Positions 19,281-27,126 of a DNA stretch of 32,000 bases are shown piece after piece. Both the position numbers and the translations under genes were made by a program. Within the stretch, counting starts at the first letter, position 1. Each line of letters starts with the position of its first letter. The stretch is from Patescibacteria group bacterium. GTDB lineage: Bacteria; Patescibacteriota; Patescibacteriia; 2-01-FULL-39-33. The stretch lies in the NCBI GenBank assembly GCA_041662745.1, contig JBAZRV010000004.1, positions 30,001 to 62,000 on the forward strand. The letters run 5' to 3'. The notes beneath the pieces were generated by a model. It was not told the DNA's origin, made no database searches, and saw nothing but the letters and a program-made list of their open reading frames with translations.

Positions 19281-19673
19281 ATGGATGCTTTACTATTCGG
19301 CGATATATTTAGATTTAGGGAGGAAGAATATGTCTACCTGGCTTCAGGCGACGGAGTCGATTTTGCGGCCAGAATCCTCAATACTTTTAATACCAACCAA
19401 ATAGTGGAGTTGGATAACCGAAAGGCAATGGGCCATGGCGCAAACAGGACTAATAGCAATCCGCTTTATTGCTATGTTATTTTGCAGACGGATGAATATA
19501 AGAATCAAGCAGCGCACTTCAAGGATAGCCAATATGATTCCGGCCGGCTAATGTTCGAAAAAACCGGTTCGTTATGCGCTGAAGACCAACAGGAAATCAA
19601 GAAGAAAATAATTGATCCAGCCAGTCCGATCCCATTGGGTCTTAGAGATATAATTTTAAACATGGATATATAG
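19281..19673 (+). CDS. Hypothetical 130-aa protein, candidate toxin partner of the Panacea gene
   Basis: The ATG lies 4 nt after the upstream stop, and the pair shares a downstream terminator. I recognise no motif in it. Confidence 0.55.
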   Translation: MDALLFGDIFRFREEEYVYLASGDGVDFAARILNTFNTNQIVELDNRKAMGHGANRTNSNPLYCYVILQTDEYKNQAAHFKDSQYDSGRLMFEKTGSLCAEDQQEIKKKIIDPASPIPLGLRDIILNMDI

Positions 19674-19689
19674 AAACAGATAAAAAAAG

Positions 19690-19712
19690 ACATCCTGCGA
19701 GGGATGTTTTTT
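19690..19712 (+). terminator. Rho-independent terminator of the two-gene module
   Basis: acatcc (19690-19695), loop tgcgag, ggatgt (19702-19707), then a T5 run. Confidence 0.8.
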
Positions 19713-19772
19713 GATTAATTGACCGATAGTTAGCCATCATATATAATTAAGCTATCACCATGAAAGAAACCC

Positions 19773-19952
19773 TTATGCAGATCCGTCTGCCTCGGGGGTT
19801 TTTTCTTTTTGGCCGATAAACAGGTAAATATAGGCGGCTTGGAATTTTTGGCTGAGCCAGCCGTGGAATTTTTTGTAATCAATGGCAAATCCCAGCTCCT
19901 GGGCGCTGCGGTAAAGGTTATTGCCGTCGATGTAAATGTTGATTTTGGACAT
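19773..19952 (-). pseudogene. Truncated NYN/LabA-like gene (N-terminal ~55 residues only)
   Basis: MSKINIYIDGNNLYRSAQ...DYKKFHGWL...YIYLFIG aligns with the N-terminus of the full 178-aa NYN protein at 27180-27716 (AFIDSNNLYQS...DYRRFRVYL...AFLFIG). It then ends, and the SGDGDF part is missing. Confidence 0.6.
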
Positions 19953-19994
19953 GAGATTATGATATCGGGCTATAAACATGACAATCAAACTAAT

Positions 19995-22004
19995 TTATTT
20001 AACTTTAAATTCCCTAGCTTGTTCTTTTTCTGTCCTTTGCCATTTTTCAAATTCAACTGGAATACCATTTTCTCTCCAAAACTCAGCCCAATCTTTATAC
20101 GCCTCAATTAGATAGGGAAATCTTCCAATTTTTCTTGCTGCACTCCTTGCATAACCATCGCTTAAATAAAAATCTCTAACCAACTTTTTTTGTGACGCCA
20201 CGATTTCGCCAACATCCACGGAGGATTCAATTGTCGGCGCCTCTTGGTCTAACACCTCCCATTCATCCCATCCCTCGCTTATCAATTCATCAAGTGTTTT
20301 ATCAGTATCAATAATTTCACCATTAGCATCATTATATTTTAATTTTGCAGTCCTTCCTAGAGCTGTTTCTGGGTATGGCGTTTCTGGGGCGACTCTTATA
20401 TGATCAATTTCTAAAAATCTCTCTCTTTCTCCATCTCTTAATCCAAATCTTTCTGCAACTAAATCAGATAGCTCTGTTGCCGTATAAGTATTGGCATTTT
20501 CTCCCTCTTGTGACGATTCAGCTTGTCTATCAAAAATAAATTCCACTGCCTGGCGGAGAAGTTCATAATCAGAAAAAAGCTGTTTTGGAATCTCCAGTTC
20601 TAACAATACTCTTGCCTTTTGCTCGAATAATTCGTCCTGGTTTTCTCTGCCCCAAACAAAATATCCTCTAGTAAACATTCCAAGGTCGCTTGATCGTTTT
20701 AATGACCAAACAGCATTAGTATATTTTTTTATACCCTCCTGCATTAACTTCTCTCTATCAGCTTCTCCAGTCGGCCTTTTAAGGTTAACCACGTCAATGG
20801 GATTAAATGCTTCTATTCCTATTCCAATTTTAGAACAACCAGATTTTTTCATAAGCTCCAAAACCTTCTCCGCTTTTCCGCTTACTATTTCCTTTTCGTC
20901 GAAAGCTCTTGCCAGACAAAACCAGTGCACCAATTCTTTATCCTCATCGCTGAATACGCCACTTTTAATCATTTTCAAGCATAGGTCTTCGACATGCTGA
21001 ATATTTTCGTTAAAAGTCAAATCTGCAAAATATACAAAATTTGTCCTATATTCAGGATCATCATGATATTTCTTTATTTCAGTGACTATCGATTTCGGAT
21101 CCCTATACTTTACTGGCGTTCTATACCTACCACTGCCAGTATCCTCGCCCCAAACCATGGGAGAACTGCAAAACTCACAATTACCTGGGCAACCGCGACA
21201 GGAAGAAATCTGAATTTCACCTCTTATCTCCTTATGAGAAGGAAAACTACCAAATTGAGTACAGTCTACACTTGAAGGCACCTCCTTAACACCTTCAACC
21301 ACCCCGTCATTATTTTTGACGGGAACAACGATCCTCCTATACGCTTCAGGCAATACTTCGAGTTCCTTGTTGGTCATCCTTTTTCTCGGTCTGAATTCAT
21401 TTACGGCCCCATCCTCTCTATAAATAATTCCCTCAACTCCAGAAAAATCAGCTTGCCCTTCTTCAACTTTTTTCGCTAATTCTAAAATAGTTTCCTCACC
21501 CTCTCCAATAACAAAAAAATCGACTAAACTAATATTGTCTCCTAATTCTTTTTTCAATTCCTCTTCCCAGGCATTATATTTTTTACTTAAATAAACTTTA
21601 TCTTTCATGGCAGATATATGATAGCCGCCGATTACAATCTTTATTTCTGGATCAGCTTCTTTAATTTTTTTAGCGATCTGCAATGCGCGGTTAAACAGCG
21701 GAGTAATAGCACTAATTCCAACCATCATACAATCTCCCTGCCTTTTAATGACTTCAGCAATATCTTCGTCAGTTATGTTTATGGGTTCTTCGCCCTCGGG
21801 AGTTCCGTCTAACGCAATCTCGATGTGTTTTCTTTTTACTGGCCTTTGATGAATTAGAGAAACATCAAAACCTCCTCGATCTTTCAAAAATCCTCCTAGT
21901 GTTTCTATGGCATATGGAGGAGCCTGATTGCCCCTTTTTGCTGGTTCTGGTGTAAAATTCATGCCACCTATGGGCTCAATTAAAATAACTCTTGATTTTG
22001 GCAT
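19995..22004 (-). CDS. B12-binding-domain radical SAM protein with a ~250-aa C-terminal extension of unknown function
   Basis: The N-terminal cobalamin-binding-like region is VGISAITPLFNRALQIAKKIKEADPEIKIVIGGYHIS. The radical SAM cluster motif is CRGCPGNCEFC (CxxxCxxC). I recognise nothing in the C-terminal third. Confidence 0.8.
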   Translation of the reverse strand: MPKSRVILIEPIGGMNFTPEPAKRGNQAPPYAIETLGGFLKDRGGFDVSLIHQRPVKRKHIEIALDGTPEGEEPINITDEDIAEVIKRQGDCMMVGISAITPLFNRALQIAKKIKEADPEIKIVIGGYHISAMKDKVYLSKKYNAWEEELKKELGDNISLVDFFVIGEGEETILELAKKVEEGQADFSGVEGIIYREDGAVNEFRPRKRMTNKELEVLPEAYRRIVVPVKNNDGVVEGVKEVPSSVDCTQFGSFPSHKEIRGEIQISSCRGCPGNCEFCSSPMVWGEDTGSGRYRTPVKYRDPKSIVTEIKKYHDDPEYRTNFVYFADLTFNENIQHVEDLCLKMIKSGVFSDEDKELVHWFCLARAFDEKEIVSGKAEKVLELMKKSGCSKIGIGIEAFNPIDVVNLKRPTGEADREKLMQEGIKKYTNAVWSLKRSSDLGMFTRGYFVWGRENQDELFEQKARVLLELEIPKQLFSDYELLRQAVEFIFDRQAESSQEGENANTYTATELSDLVAERFGLRDGERERFLEIDHIRVAPETPYPETALGRTAKLKYNDANGEIIDTDKTLDELISEGWDEWEVLDQEAPTIESSVDVGEIVASQKKLVRDFYLSDGYARSAARKIGRFPYLIEAYKDWAEFWRENGIPVEFEKWQRTEKEQAREFKVK

Positions 22005-22202
22005 ATGAGAAATTAACTATTATTTCCTATATTTTACTACCTTTTAAGTCCTATTGCAAACTTAAAACTTATCAACTCTTTACCTACTCCAACCATCCTG
22101 GACTCCTCAAGAGGGTTGCGTCATCAATGTCCATAGTAATAACCAAAAACTATAGACAACAACCAAAAATCAAGGGTTTCAAGTGATTTTCAAGGCGATT
22201 TA

Positions 22203-23465
22203 GTGCCACTTAAGTACTGCCTTTATGCCAGAAAATCGACCGAGGCCGATGACAAGCAAGTGTTATCCATCGAATCCCAAGTCAAAGAGATGCTGGCTCT
22301 GGCTAGCAAGGATTCCTTAGATGTAGTAGAAATCAAGCGGGAAGCCCACTCATCTAAGGATGTTGGCCAAAGGCCGATTTACAACGAAATGATTTCTGAA
22401 ATCAGAGCGGGCAAGTTTAACGGCATTCTGACCTGGGCGCCGGATCGGCTCAGCCGCAATGCCGGAGATTTGGGCTCAGTTGTGGATTTGATGGATCAGA
22501 AACTACTTTTGGAAATCAGGACGTATGGCCAGAAGTTCAGCAATAATCCCAATGAGAAATTCCTGTTAATGATTTTAGGCAGCCAAGCCAAGCTGGAAAA
22601 TGACAATAAAGCGATTAACATTAAAAGAGGACTCCGAACCAGGTGCGAAATGGGCTGGCGGCCGGGCGTGGCTCCGACCGGATACTTAAATGAAAAACAC
22701 GCCGACAAAAAGTGCCAATCCCGATTAGATCCCAAGAGAGCTGTCATTATCAAAAATATGTTCGAGAAATCGGCTAATGATAATTGGAGTGGCCGAAAAA
22801 TCTACAGATGGCTTCGCGAGATTGACTTTAGAACTAAGACCGGCAAGCGATTAGTTTTGGCCAATGTCTATCTGATTTTAAGAAATCCATATTACTACGG
22901 TGAATTTGAATTCCCGGTGGGTAGTGGTAATTGGTACAGTGGCAAACATACGCCGATTATCACTAAGGAACTATTCGACAAAACGCAATTAGCCCTTAAC
23001 GACCACAATCTACCTAAGACCGAGAGCAAGGAATTCGCCTTCACTAAACTAATTAAATGCGGCTATTGCGGTTCGGGCATTTCGGCTGATGAGAAATTCA
23101 AGAAGCTTAAAAACGGCGGCACTAACCGCCATGTCTATTATTTTTGCTCCAAGGCCAGAAATATAGATTGCAAAAATCAACCGATTAATGAAACCAACTT
23201 AATCACTGAACTGGCCGGCTTAATCGATCGGATCAGCTTGGATGAACTGGGCGTCCAGCAGAAAATTGAGGATGAATTCAAAAGATACAACAAATTCAGA
23301 ATCAGCGTGCTGGGTAAAAAGAATGAGGAATGCAATAGCGAAGTGGACATCAAGAATTTCGTCAAATACCTACTTAAAGACGGCACGATTCTGGAAAAAC
23401 GAGAATTGCTTGCTTGCCTTAAAAGCAGATTGATCCTAAAAGACAGGCAAATCAGTTTGGAATAA
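22203..23465 (+). CDS. Large serine recombinase (resolvase domain, recombinase domain and zinc ribbon)
   Basis: GTG start. YARKSTEADDKQVLSIESQ carries the catalytic Ser context, followed by WAPDRLSRN and the Zn ribbon CGYCGSGIS...YYFCSKARNIDC. 420 aa. Confidence 0.85.
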   Translation: MPLKYCLYARKSTEADDKQVLSIESQVKEMLALASKDSLDVVEIKREAHSSKDVGQRPIYNEMISEIRAGKFNGILTWAPDRLSRNAGDLGSVVDLMDQKLLLEIRTYGQKFSNNPNEKFLLMILGSQAKLENDNKAINIKRGLRTRCEMGWRPGVAPTGYLNEKHADKKCQSRLDPKRAVIIKNMFEKSANDNWSGRKIYRWLREIDFRTKTGKRLVLANVYLILRNPYYYGEFEFPVGSGNWYSGKHTPIITKELFDKTQLALNDHNLPKTESKEFAFTKLIKCGYCGSGISADEKFKKLKNGGTNRHVYYFCSKARNIDCKNQPINETNLITELAGLIDRISLDELGVQQKIEDEFKRYNKFRISVLGKKNEECNSEVDIKNFVKYLLKDGTILEKRELLACLKSRLILKDRQISLE

Positions 23466-23479
23466 ATCTAAAACTAAAA

Positions 23480-23505
23480 ATACCGCGGAAAAACCGCGGT
23501 ATTTT
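23480..23505 (+). terminator. Rho-independent terminator after the recombinase gene
   Basis: ataccgcgg (23480-23488), loop aaaaa, ccgcggtat (23494-23502), then ttt. Confidence 0.8.
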
Positions 23506-23554
23506 GTGGCTAAATCAGTGATACCTCTCGGTCATTTGACTTAGCATAAGCGTG

Positions 23555-23628
23555 TTGCGGGGGGCGGATTCGAACCGCCGACCTCTTGGTTATGAGCCAA
23601 GCGAGCTGCCGGACTGCTCTACCCCGCG
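23555..23628 (-). tRNA. Initiator tRNA-fMet (CAU)
   Basis: CGCGGGG TA GAGC AGTCCGGCA GCTC G CTTGG CTCATAA CCAAG AGGTC GGCGG TTCGAAT CCGCC CCCCGCA A. The C1xA72 mismatch is typical of bacterial initiators. Only two G-C pairs, not three, close the anticodon stem. Confidence 0.85.
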
Positions 23629-23673
23629 ATAATATTTTATTTTCCCTCTCTCCTTAAAAAGATGAGACTGGTG

Positions 23674-23755
23674 TGCCCGAGGAGAGACTCGAACTCTCAC
23701 ATATTGCTATACACGATTTTGAGTCGTGCGCGTCTACCAGTTCCGCCACTCGGGC
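23674..23755 (-). tRNA. tRNA-Leu (CAA), type II with a long variable arm
   Basis: GCCCGAG TG GCGGAACTGGTAGACGC G CACGA CTCAAAA TCGTG TATAGCAATATGT GAGAG TTCGAGT CTCTC CTCGGGC A. The acceptor, anticodon and T stems all pair. Confidence 0.9.
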
Positions 23756-24015
23756 CTGAGTTATAACAAACTTTTTAACCATTCTTTACCACAACCTGAC
23801 TTTAAATATTTTTCTCTTTGTCTTGCATCTATTCTCGTACTATACTTTTCTGTTATAATCATTTTAAATGGTCGATAAAATCTTGTTGTCCTCTCTCGTC
23901 CATTATTGTGGCGACTAAATCTGTCATCAAAATCAGAGGTTTGACCGACATAAATATAATTATGTTTTATACTTTGCAAGGCATAAACAGTATACTCCAT
24001 AAGAAAAATATTTAA
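23722..24015 (-). mobile_element. Putative 294-bp GIY-YIG cassette carrying a replacement tRNA-Leu 5' half
   Basis: This is the interval between the two copies of the tRNA 5' half. It contains only the duplicated 34 nt and the GIY-YIG ORF. The boundaries are inferred from where homology ends. Confidence 0.45.
23761..24000 (-). CDS. Small stand-alone GIY-YIG nuclease-domain protein (79 aa)
   Basis: MEYTVYALQSIKHNYIYVGQTSDFDDRFSRHNNG...RQREKYLK has the GIY-YIG pattern (Y.VY...YVG.T...R...H...E). The start is set at ATG 24000-23998. The 21-codon extension in the track ORF reads through tRNA-derived sequence. Confidence 0.8.
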   Translation of the reverse strand: MEYTVYALQSIKHNYIYVGQTSDFDDRFSRHNNGRERTTRFYRPFKMIITEKYSTRIDARQREKYLKSGCGKEWLKSLL

Positions 24016-24069
24016 AGTCGTGCGCGCCTGCCTGCCGGCAGGCAGGTCTACCAGTTCCGCCACTCGGGC
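24016..24069 (-). pseudogene. Orphan 5' half of tRNA-Leu(CAA), positions 1 to U33, interrupted by a 20-bp palindrome
   Basis: Plus-strand agtcgtgcgcg (24016-24026) and tctaccagttccgccactcgggc (24047-24069) are identical to 23722-23732 and 23733-23755 of the intact gene. Homology ends exactly at anticodon position 34. Confidence 0.85.
24027..24046. repeat. Perfect 20-bp palindrome cctgcctgccggcaggcagg
   Basis: Exactly self-complementary. It belongs to the same family as the inner hairpin ccttgcctaccgacaggcaggg at 17002-17023. Confidence 0.9.
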
Positions 24070-24107
24070 AATTTAGACTTTATTTATTTTATACTATTTT
24101 TTGAAAA

Positions 24108-24136
24108 TTGTCAAATATTTCAGAGTTTGATATAAT
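24108..24136 (+). promoter_or_regulatory. Sigma70-like promoter for the 24198 membrane-protein gene
   Basis: TTGTCA at 24108-24113, a 17-nt spacer, and TATAAT at 24131-24136. The ~55-nt leader contains a hairpin in which ctatttga (24156-24163) pairs with tcaaatag (24176-24183). Confidence 0.5.
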
Positions 24137-24197
24137 TAAAACATTGTAAATCTGCCTATTTGAGCCTATTGTCATTCAAATAGCAGACCAAAACCAT

Positions 24198-24683
24198 ATG
24201 TTTATAACCGTACATGCGGCCGCTTCAGCCGTTATCGGCAAGGAAATCGCCAACCCCTTTATTGCCTTCATTATCAGTTTTATCCTGCATTTTATTTTTG
24301 ATATCATCCCGCACGGCGATCGCGATTACTGCAAAAGATTTTTCGGCCTGCAATTCAAGCGCCTGAACGAGGAAGAAAAATTCAAATCCATGGCCTTATA
24401 CAGTTTGATTGATACCGTGGTTCTGGTTTTTTTCTTGCTCTTTTTATTTAAGAACTTCACTTGGGCCAAGGACGACAGTGTTATCTGGGCGATTATCGGC
24501 GGCATTATTCCCGATTTTATCGTAGCGCTTTATATGCTGACCAAGTCCCGCTGGCTCAAAGGCTTTTTCATTTTCCATCATGAAAACCATAGCTTGATCA
24601 AACGCGATTTTCCGCTTTACGCCGGCATGATTTTCCAAATCGTAATTCTTTTTGGCCTGATCTCCTTGCTTTACCTGCTGTAA
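24198..24683 (+). CDS. Small integral membrane protein (about 4 TM helices); possibly a DUF457/YdjM-like metal-dependent hydrolase
   Basis: 161 aa and hydrophobic. The HFIFDIIPHGD motif is reminiscent of YdjM-type proteins, which is weak evidence. Confidence 0.45.
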   Translation: MFITVHAAASAVIGKEIANPFIAFIISFILHFIFDIIPHGDRDYCKRFFGLQFKRLNEEEKFKSMALYSLIDTVVLVFFLLFLFKNFTWAKDDSVIWAIIGGIIPDFIVALYMLTKSRWLKGFFIFHHENHSLIKRDFPLYAGMIFQIVILFGLISLLYLL

Positions 24684-25777
24684 CTTTCCAATAATTCCCT
24701 TGTTTGCCGCGCGCATTTGTCCCAAGTGAATTCTTGGGATTTTTGTTTTCCTTTTTCCGCCAGTTGCCGTCTAAGGTTTTCGTCAGTAACCGCCTTTTTA
24801 ATCGCTAAACCTATCTCTTCTTCTTGCAGGGGATTCACATAAAGCACGGCTTCACCGCCGATTTCCGGCAAAGAACCGGCATTAGAGGTTACAACCGGCA
24901 CGCCGCAGGCCAGCGCTTCCGCCACCGGCAAGCCGAACCCTTCATACAGGCTCGGAAAGACAAAAACCTCGGCGTGACTTAACAACTCGCGCTTTCTGGC
25001 TGCCGTAACATAGCCCAAGTACTTTATTGCTTCTTCTTGCAACTCGGCATTAGCTTGTCTTAATCCTTTGAATATCTCCTTATTCTTCCAGCCGTCTTTT
25101 CCGGCCAAGATTAATTTAAAATCGCGCGCCGCCGGTTCTTCCTGTTTAAATTTTTTAAACGCTCCGATCAATCGGATCAGATTTTTTCGCGGTTCAATGG
25201 TACCCAAATATAAAATATACTTCTCCTTGTTTTTTTGCCGATTTATTCCCCTGTCCGCCACACCCTCATAGATTACCTCGATCTTTTCCGGCGCAATGCC
25301 GAATAATTTGATAATATCCTGTTTGGTGCTGTTAGAAACGGCGATAATTTTATCCGCTCGCCTTAACGATCGCGGCACCAGATAGCGCCGATCAAAGTTA
25401 ATCAACCGATCGGGAAATAACTCCGGATAAAGATAAACTGCCAAATCATGGATTGTTACCACGGCTCGGCCGCCATAGCCCAAGGGAATGATATTGGCGG
25501 GAAACAGGCAAACGTCAAGCTTCTGCCGATTAATGAGCCGACCGACCGCCAATTGGGAATAAAAAAACGGCAAATAACGGCGATAACGCGACAAGGACAA
25601 ATGCTTTATTTCATAATCGCCCATTACTATCTCCGACGGCAACTTTTCACCTTCATTTAAAAACAGGACATAATGATTATGCCTGTCTTGGATTAATAAA
25701 TTTTTAACCACTTGTCTGCCATACTCCCCGATTCCCGCCGAGGCGGCCAGAGTCCGGCAATCAATTCCGATTCTCAT
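24671..25777 (-). CDS. Glycosyltransferase, GT4 (group 1) family
   Basis: The C-terminal half VFVFPSLYEGFGLPVAEALACGVPVVTSNAGSLPEIGGEA is the classic GT4 E-x7-E region. Confidence 0.88.
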   Translation of the reverse strand: MRIGIDCRTLAASAGIGEYGRQVVKNLLIQDRHNHYVLFLNEGEKLPSEIVMGDYEIKHLSLSRYRRYLPFFYSQLAVGRLINRQKLDVCLFPANIIPLGYGGRAVVTIHDLAVYLYPELFPDRLINFDRRYLVPRSLRRADKIIAVSNSTKQDIIKLFGIAPEKIEVIYEGVADRGINRQKNKEKYILYLGTIEPRKNLIRLIGAFKKFKQEEPAARDFKLILAGKDGWKNKEIFKGLRQANAELQEEAIKYLGYVTAARKRELLSHAEVFVFPSLYEGFGLPVAEALACGVPVVTSNAGSLPEIGGEAVLYVNPLQEEEIGLAIKKAVTDENLRRQLAEKGKQKSQEFTWDKCARQTRELLESYSR

Positions 25778-25780
25778 AGG

Positions 25781-27043
25781 CTATTTGATTAGGCGTCGCA
25801 GTTTATCGGCATTCAAACCCGGTCCGATCAGGGCCAAATTGGCCCGATTAAAATCAAAAATATCCTTAGCCGTCTGTTGCACTTCCTTGGCTGATACCGC
25901 GAAAATCTTTTTTAATTTCTGTTCCGGCGTCATCAACGGTTTATTCATCAGTTCTTGATTGACGTAAAACTGGGCAATAGACATGGAATCTTCCAAATCC
26001 AAAGCGGTTTTGCCGGCAATGAATTCTTTGGCCCGATTCAGTTCCTCGGCGGTCACGCCGCCAGCCAAAATATTTTTGATTTCCAAAATTATCGTTTCTA
26101 AGGCCAACTCCAGTCGCGCCTTATCCAAGCCCGCCTGAATCACCAAAGATCCGGCATCCTCATACAAATTAGGCCAAGAACGGATAAAATAGGCCAGGCC
26201 TTTTTGTTCCCGTATATTGATAGACAAACGCGAACTCATGTTGCCTCCCAAAATAATCGCCAAAAGATTCAAAGCATAAACGCGCTTGTCATAAGTGGGA
26301 AAAGCGTTAAAACCCAAAGCCAACTGCACCTGTTCCGTTGCCTTGTTTTTGATTTTTATCCTGGGTTTCTGTTGTCTGACGACCGATCGCCTGATGGCTG
26401 ATTTCTTGCCCTTGGGCAAAGAAAACTTAGCCGAGATATCCTTGATCTGCTTGTCGCTGAATTTTCCGGCCAAGCCGATAACGACATTGGCGCCGTTATA
26501 ATAATTACGCTTGTAAGCCAGGAGTTTCTTCCTGTCCAACCCCTTGACCGTTTCCTTGCTGCCGGCGATCATGTGGCCCAATTGTCCGCCATCAAACATC
26601 AGTTCCTCCAGCATTTCTTCCACATGCATCAAGGGATTGTCTTCATACATATTGATCTCTTCTGTAATCACGCCCTTTTCCTTTTCCAGCTCAACAGCAT
26701 CAAATTTAGAGTTAATAACCATGTCCGACAGCATGTCAATCGCCAGCGGCAAATGCCGAGCATCGGATTTGATATAATAGCCGGTCATATCCTTGCCGGT
26801 AAAAGCGTTGTATTCCGCGCCGATGCCGTCTAACTCTTTGGCTAAATCCAAGGTTGTCGGGCGTTTGTTCGTGCCCTTGAACATCATATGCTCAATAAAA
26901 TGGGAACTGCCGTAAATTGACGGCGATTCCTGACGGCTACCCACCTTGAACAGGACCAATAAGCTGGCGGTCTGCGTATCATGAAGCGGAGCCGTAATCA
27001 ACCTAATGCCGTTTTTTAAGGTTTGTTTTTTATACATAATCAT
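25781..27043 (-). CDS. M16-family (pitrilysin-like) zinc peptidase
   Basis: The inverted zinc motif HFIEH, within SSHFIEHMMFKGT, plus a downstream E in the EKGVITEEI region. 420 aa. Confidence 0.88.
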   Translation of the reverse strand: MIMYKKQTLKNGIRLITAPLHDTQTASLLVLFKVGSRQESPSIYGSSHFIEHMMFKGTNKRPTTLDLAKELDGIGAEYNAFTGKDMTGYYIKSDARHLPLAIDMLSDMVINSKFDAVELEKEKGVITEEINMYEDNPLMHVEEMLEELMFDGGQLGHMIAGSKETVKGLDRKKLLAYKRNYYNGANVVIGLAGKFSDKQIKDISAKFSLPKGKKSAIRRSVVRQQKPRIKIKNKATEQVQLALGFNAFPTYDKRVYALNLLAIILGGNMSSRLSINIREQKGLAYFIRSWPNLYEDAGSLVIQAGLDKARLELALETIILEIKNILAGGVTAEELNRAKEFIAGKTALDLEDSMSIAQFYVNQELMNKPLMTPEQKLKKIFAVSAKEVQQTAKDIFDFNRANLALIGPGLNADKLRRLIK

Positions 27044-27092
27044 TATTTTTGTTAAATTTACAGGGCATTTTAATACTTTCGCTATTTTCCTA

Positions 27093-27120
27093 TTGACAAA
27101 TAATACGGATATGCTATAAT
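27093..27120 (+). promoter_or_regulatory. Consensus sigma70 promoter pointing away from any annotated plus-strand gene
   Basis: Perfect TTGACA (27093-27098), a 16-nt spacer, and perfect TATAAT (27115-27120). Confidence 0.55.
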
Positions 27121-27126
27121 TACGAT

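Larger units (their letters stand above)
18277..23554. mobile_element. Putative accessory island or integrated element between the tRNA-Met(CAU) gene and the tRNA-fMet/tRNA-Leu genes
   Basis: The region looks AT-richer than its flanks by eye (not computed). It contains a large serine recombinase, a TA-like pair, a gene fragment and an orphan radical SAM gene. No att repeats were found, so the ends are not defined. Confidence 0.35.

Noticed and set aside
24001-24063. Longer GIY-YIG ORF starting at 24063 (MAELVDLPAGRQARTTLNIFL...)
   Set aside because: The extension is a translation of the orphan tRNA half and the 20-bp palindrome. The GIY-YIG domain starts at MEYTVYAL.
23674-24069. Group I intron in the tRNA-Leu anticodon loop (cyanobacterial tRNA-Leu style) carrying a GIY-YIG homing endonuclease
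   Set aside because: The downstream tRNA copy is already complete and uninterrupted. Of the ~295 nt between the halves, 240 nt are ORF, which leaves no room for a group I catalytic core.
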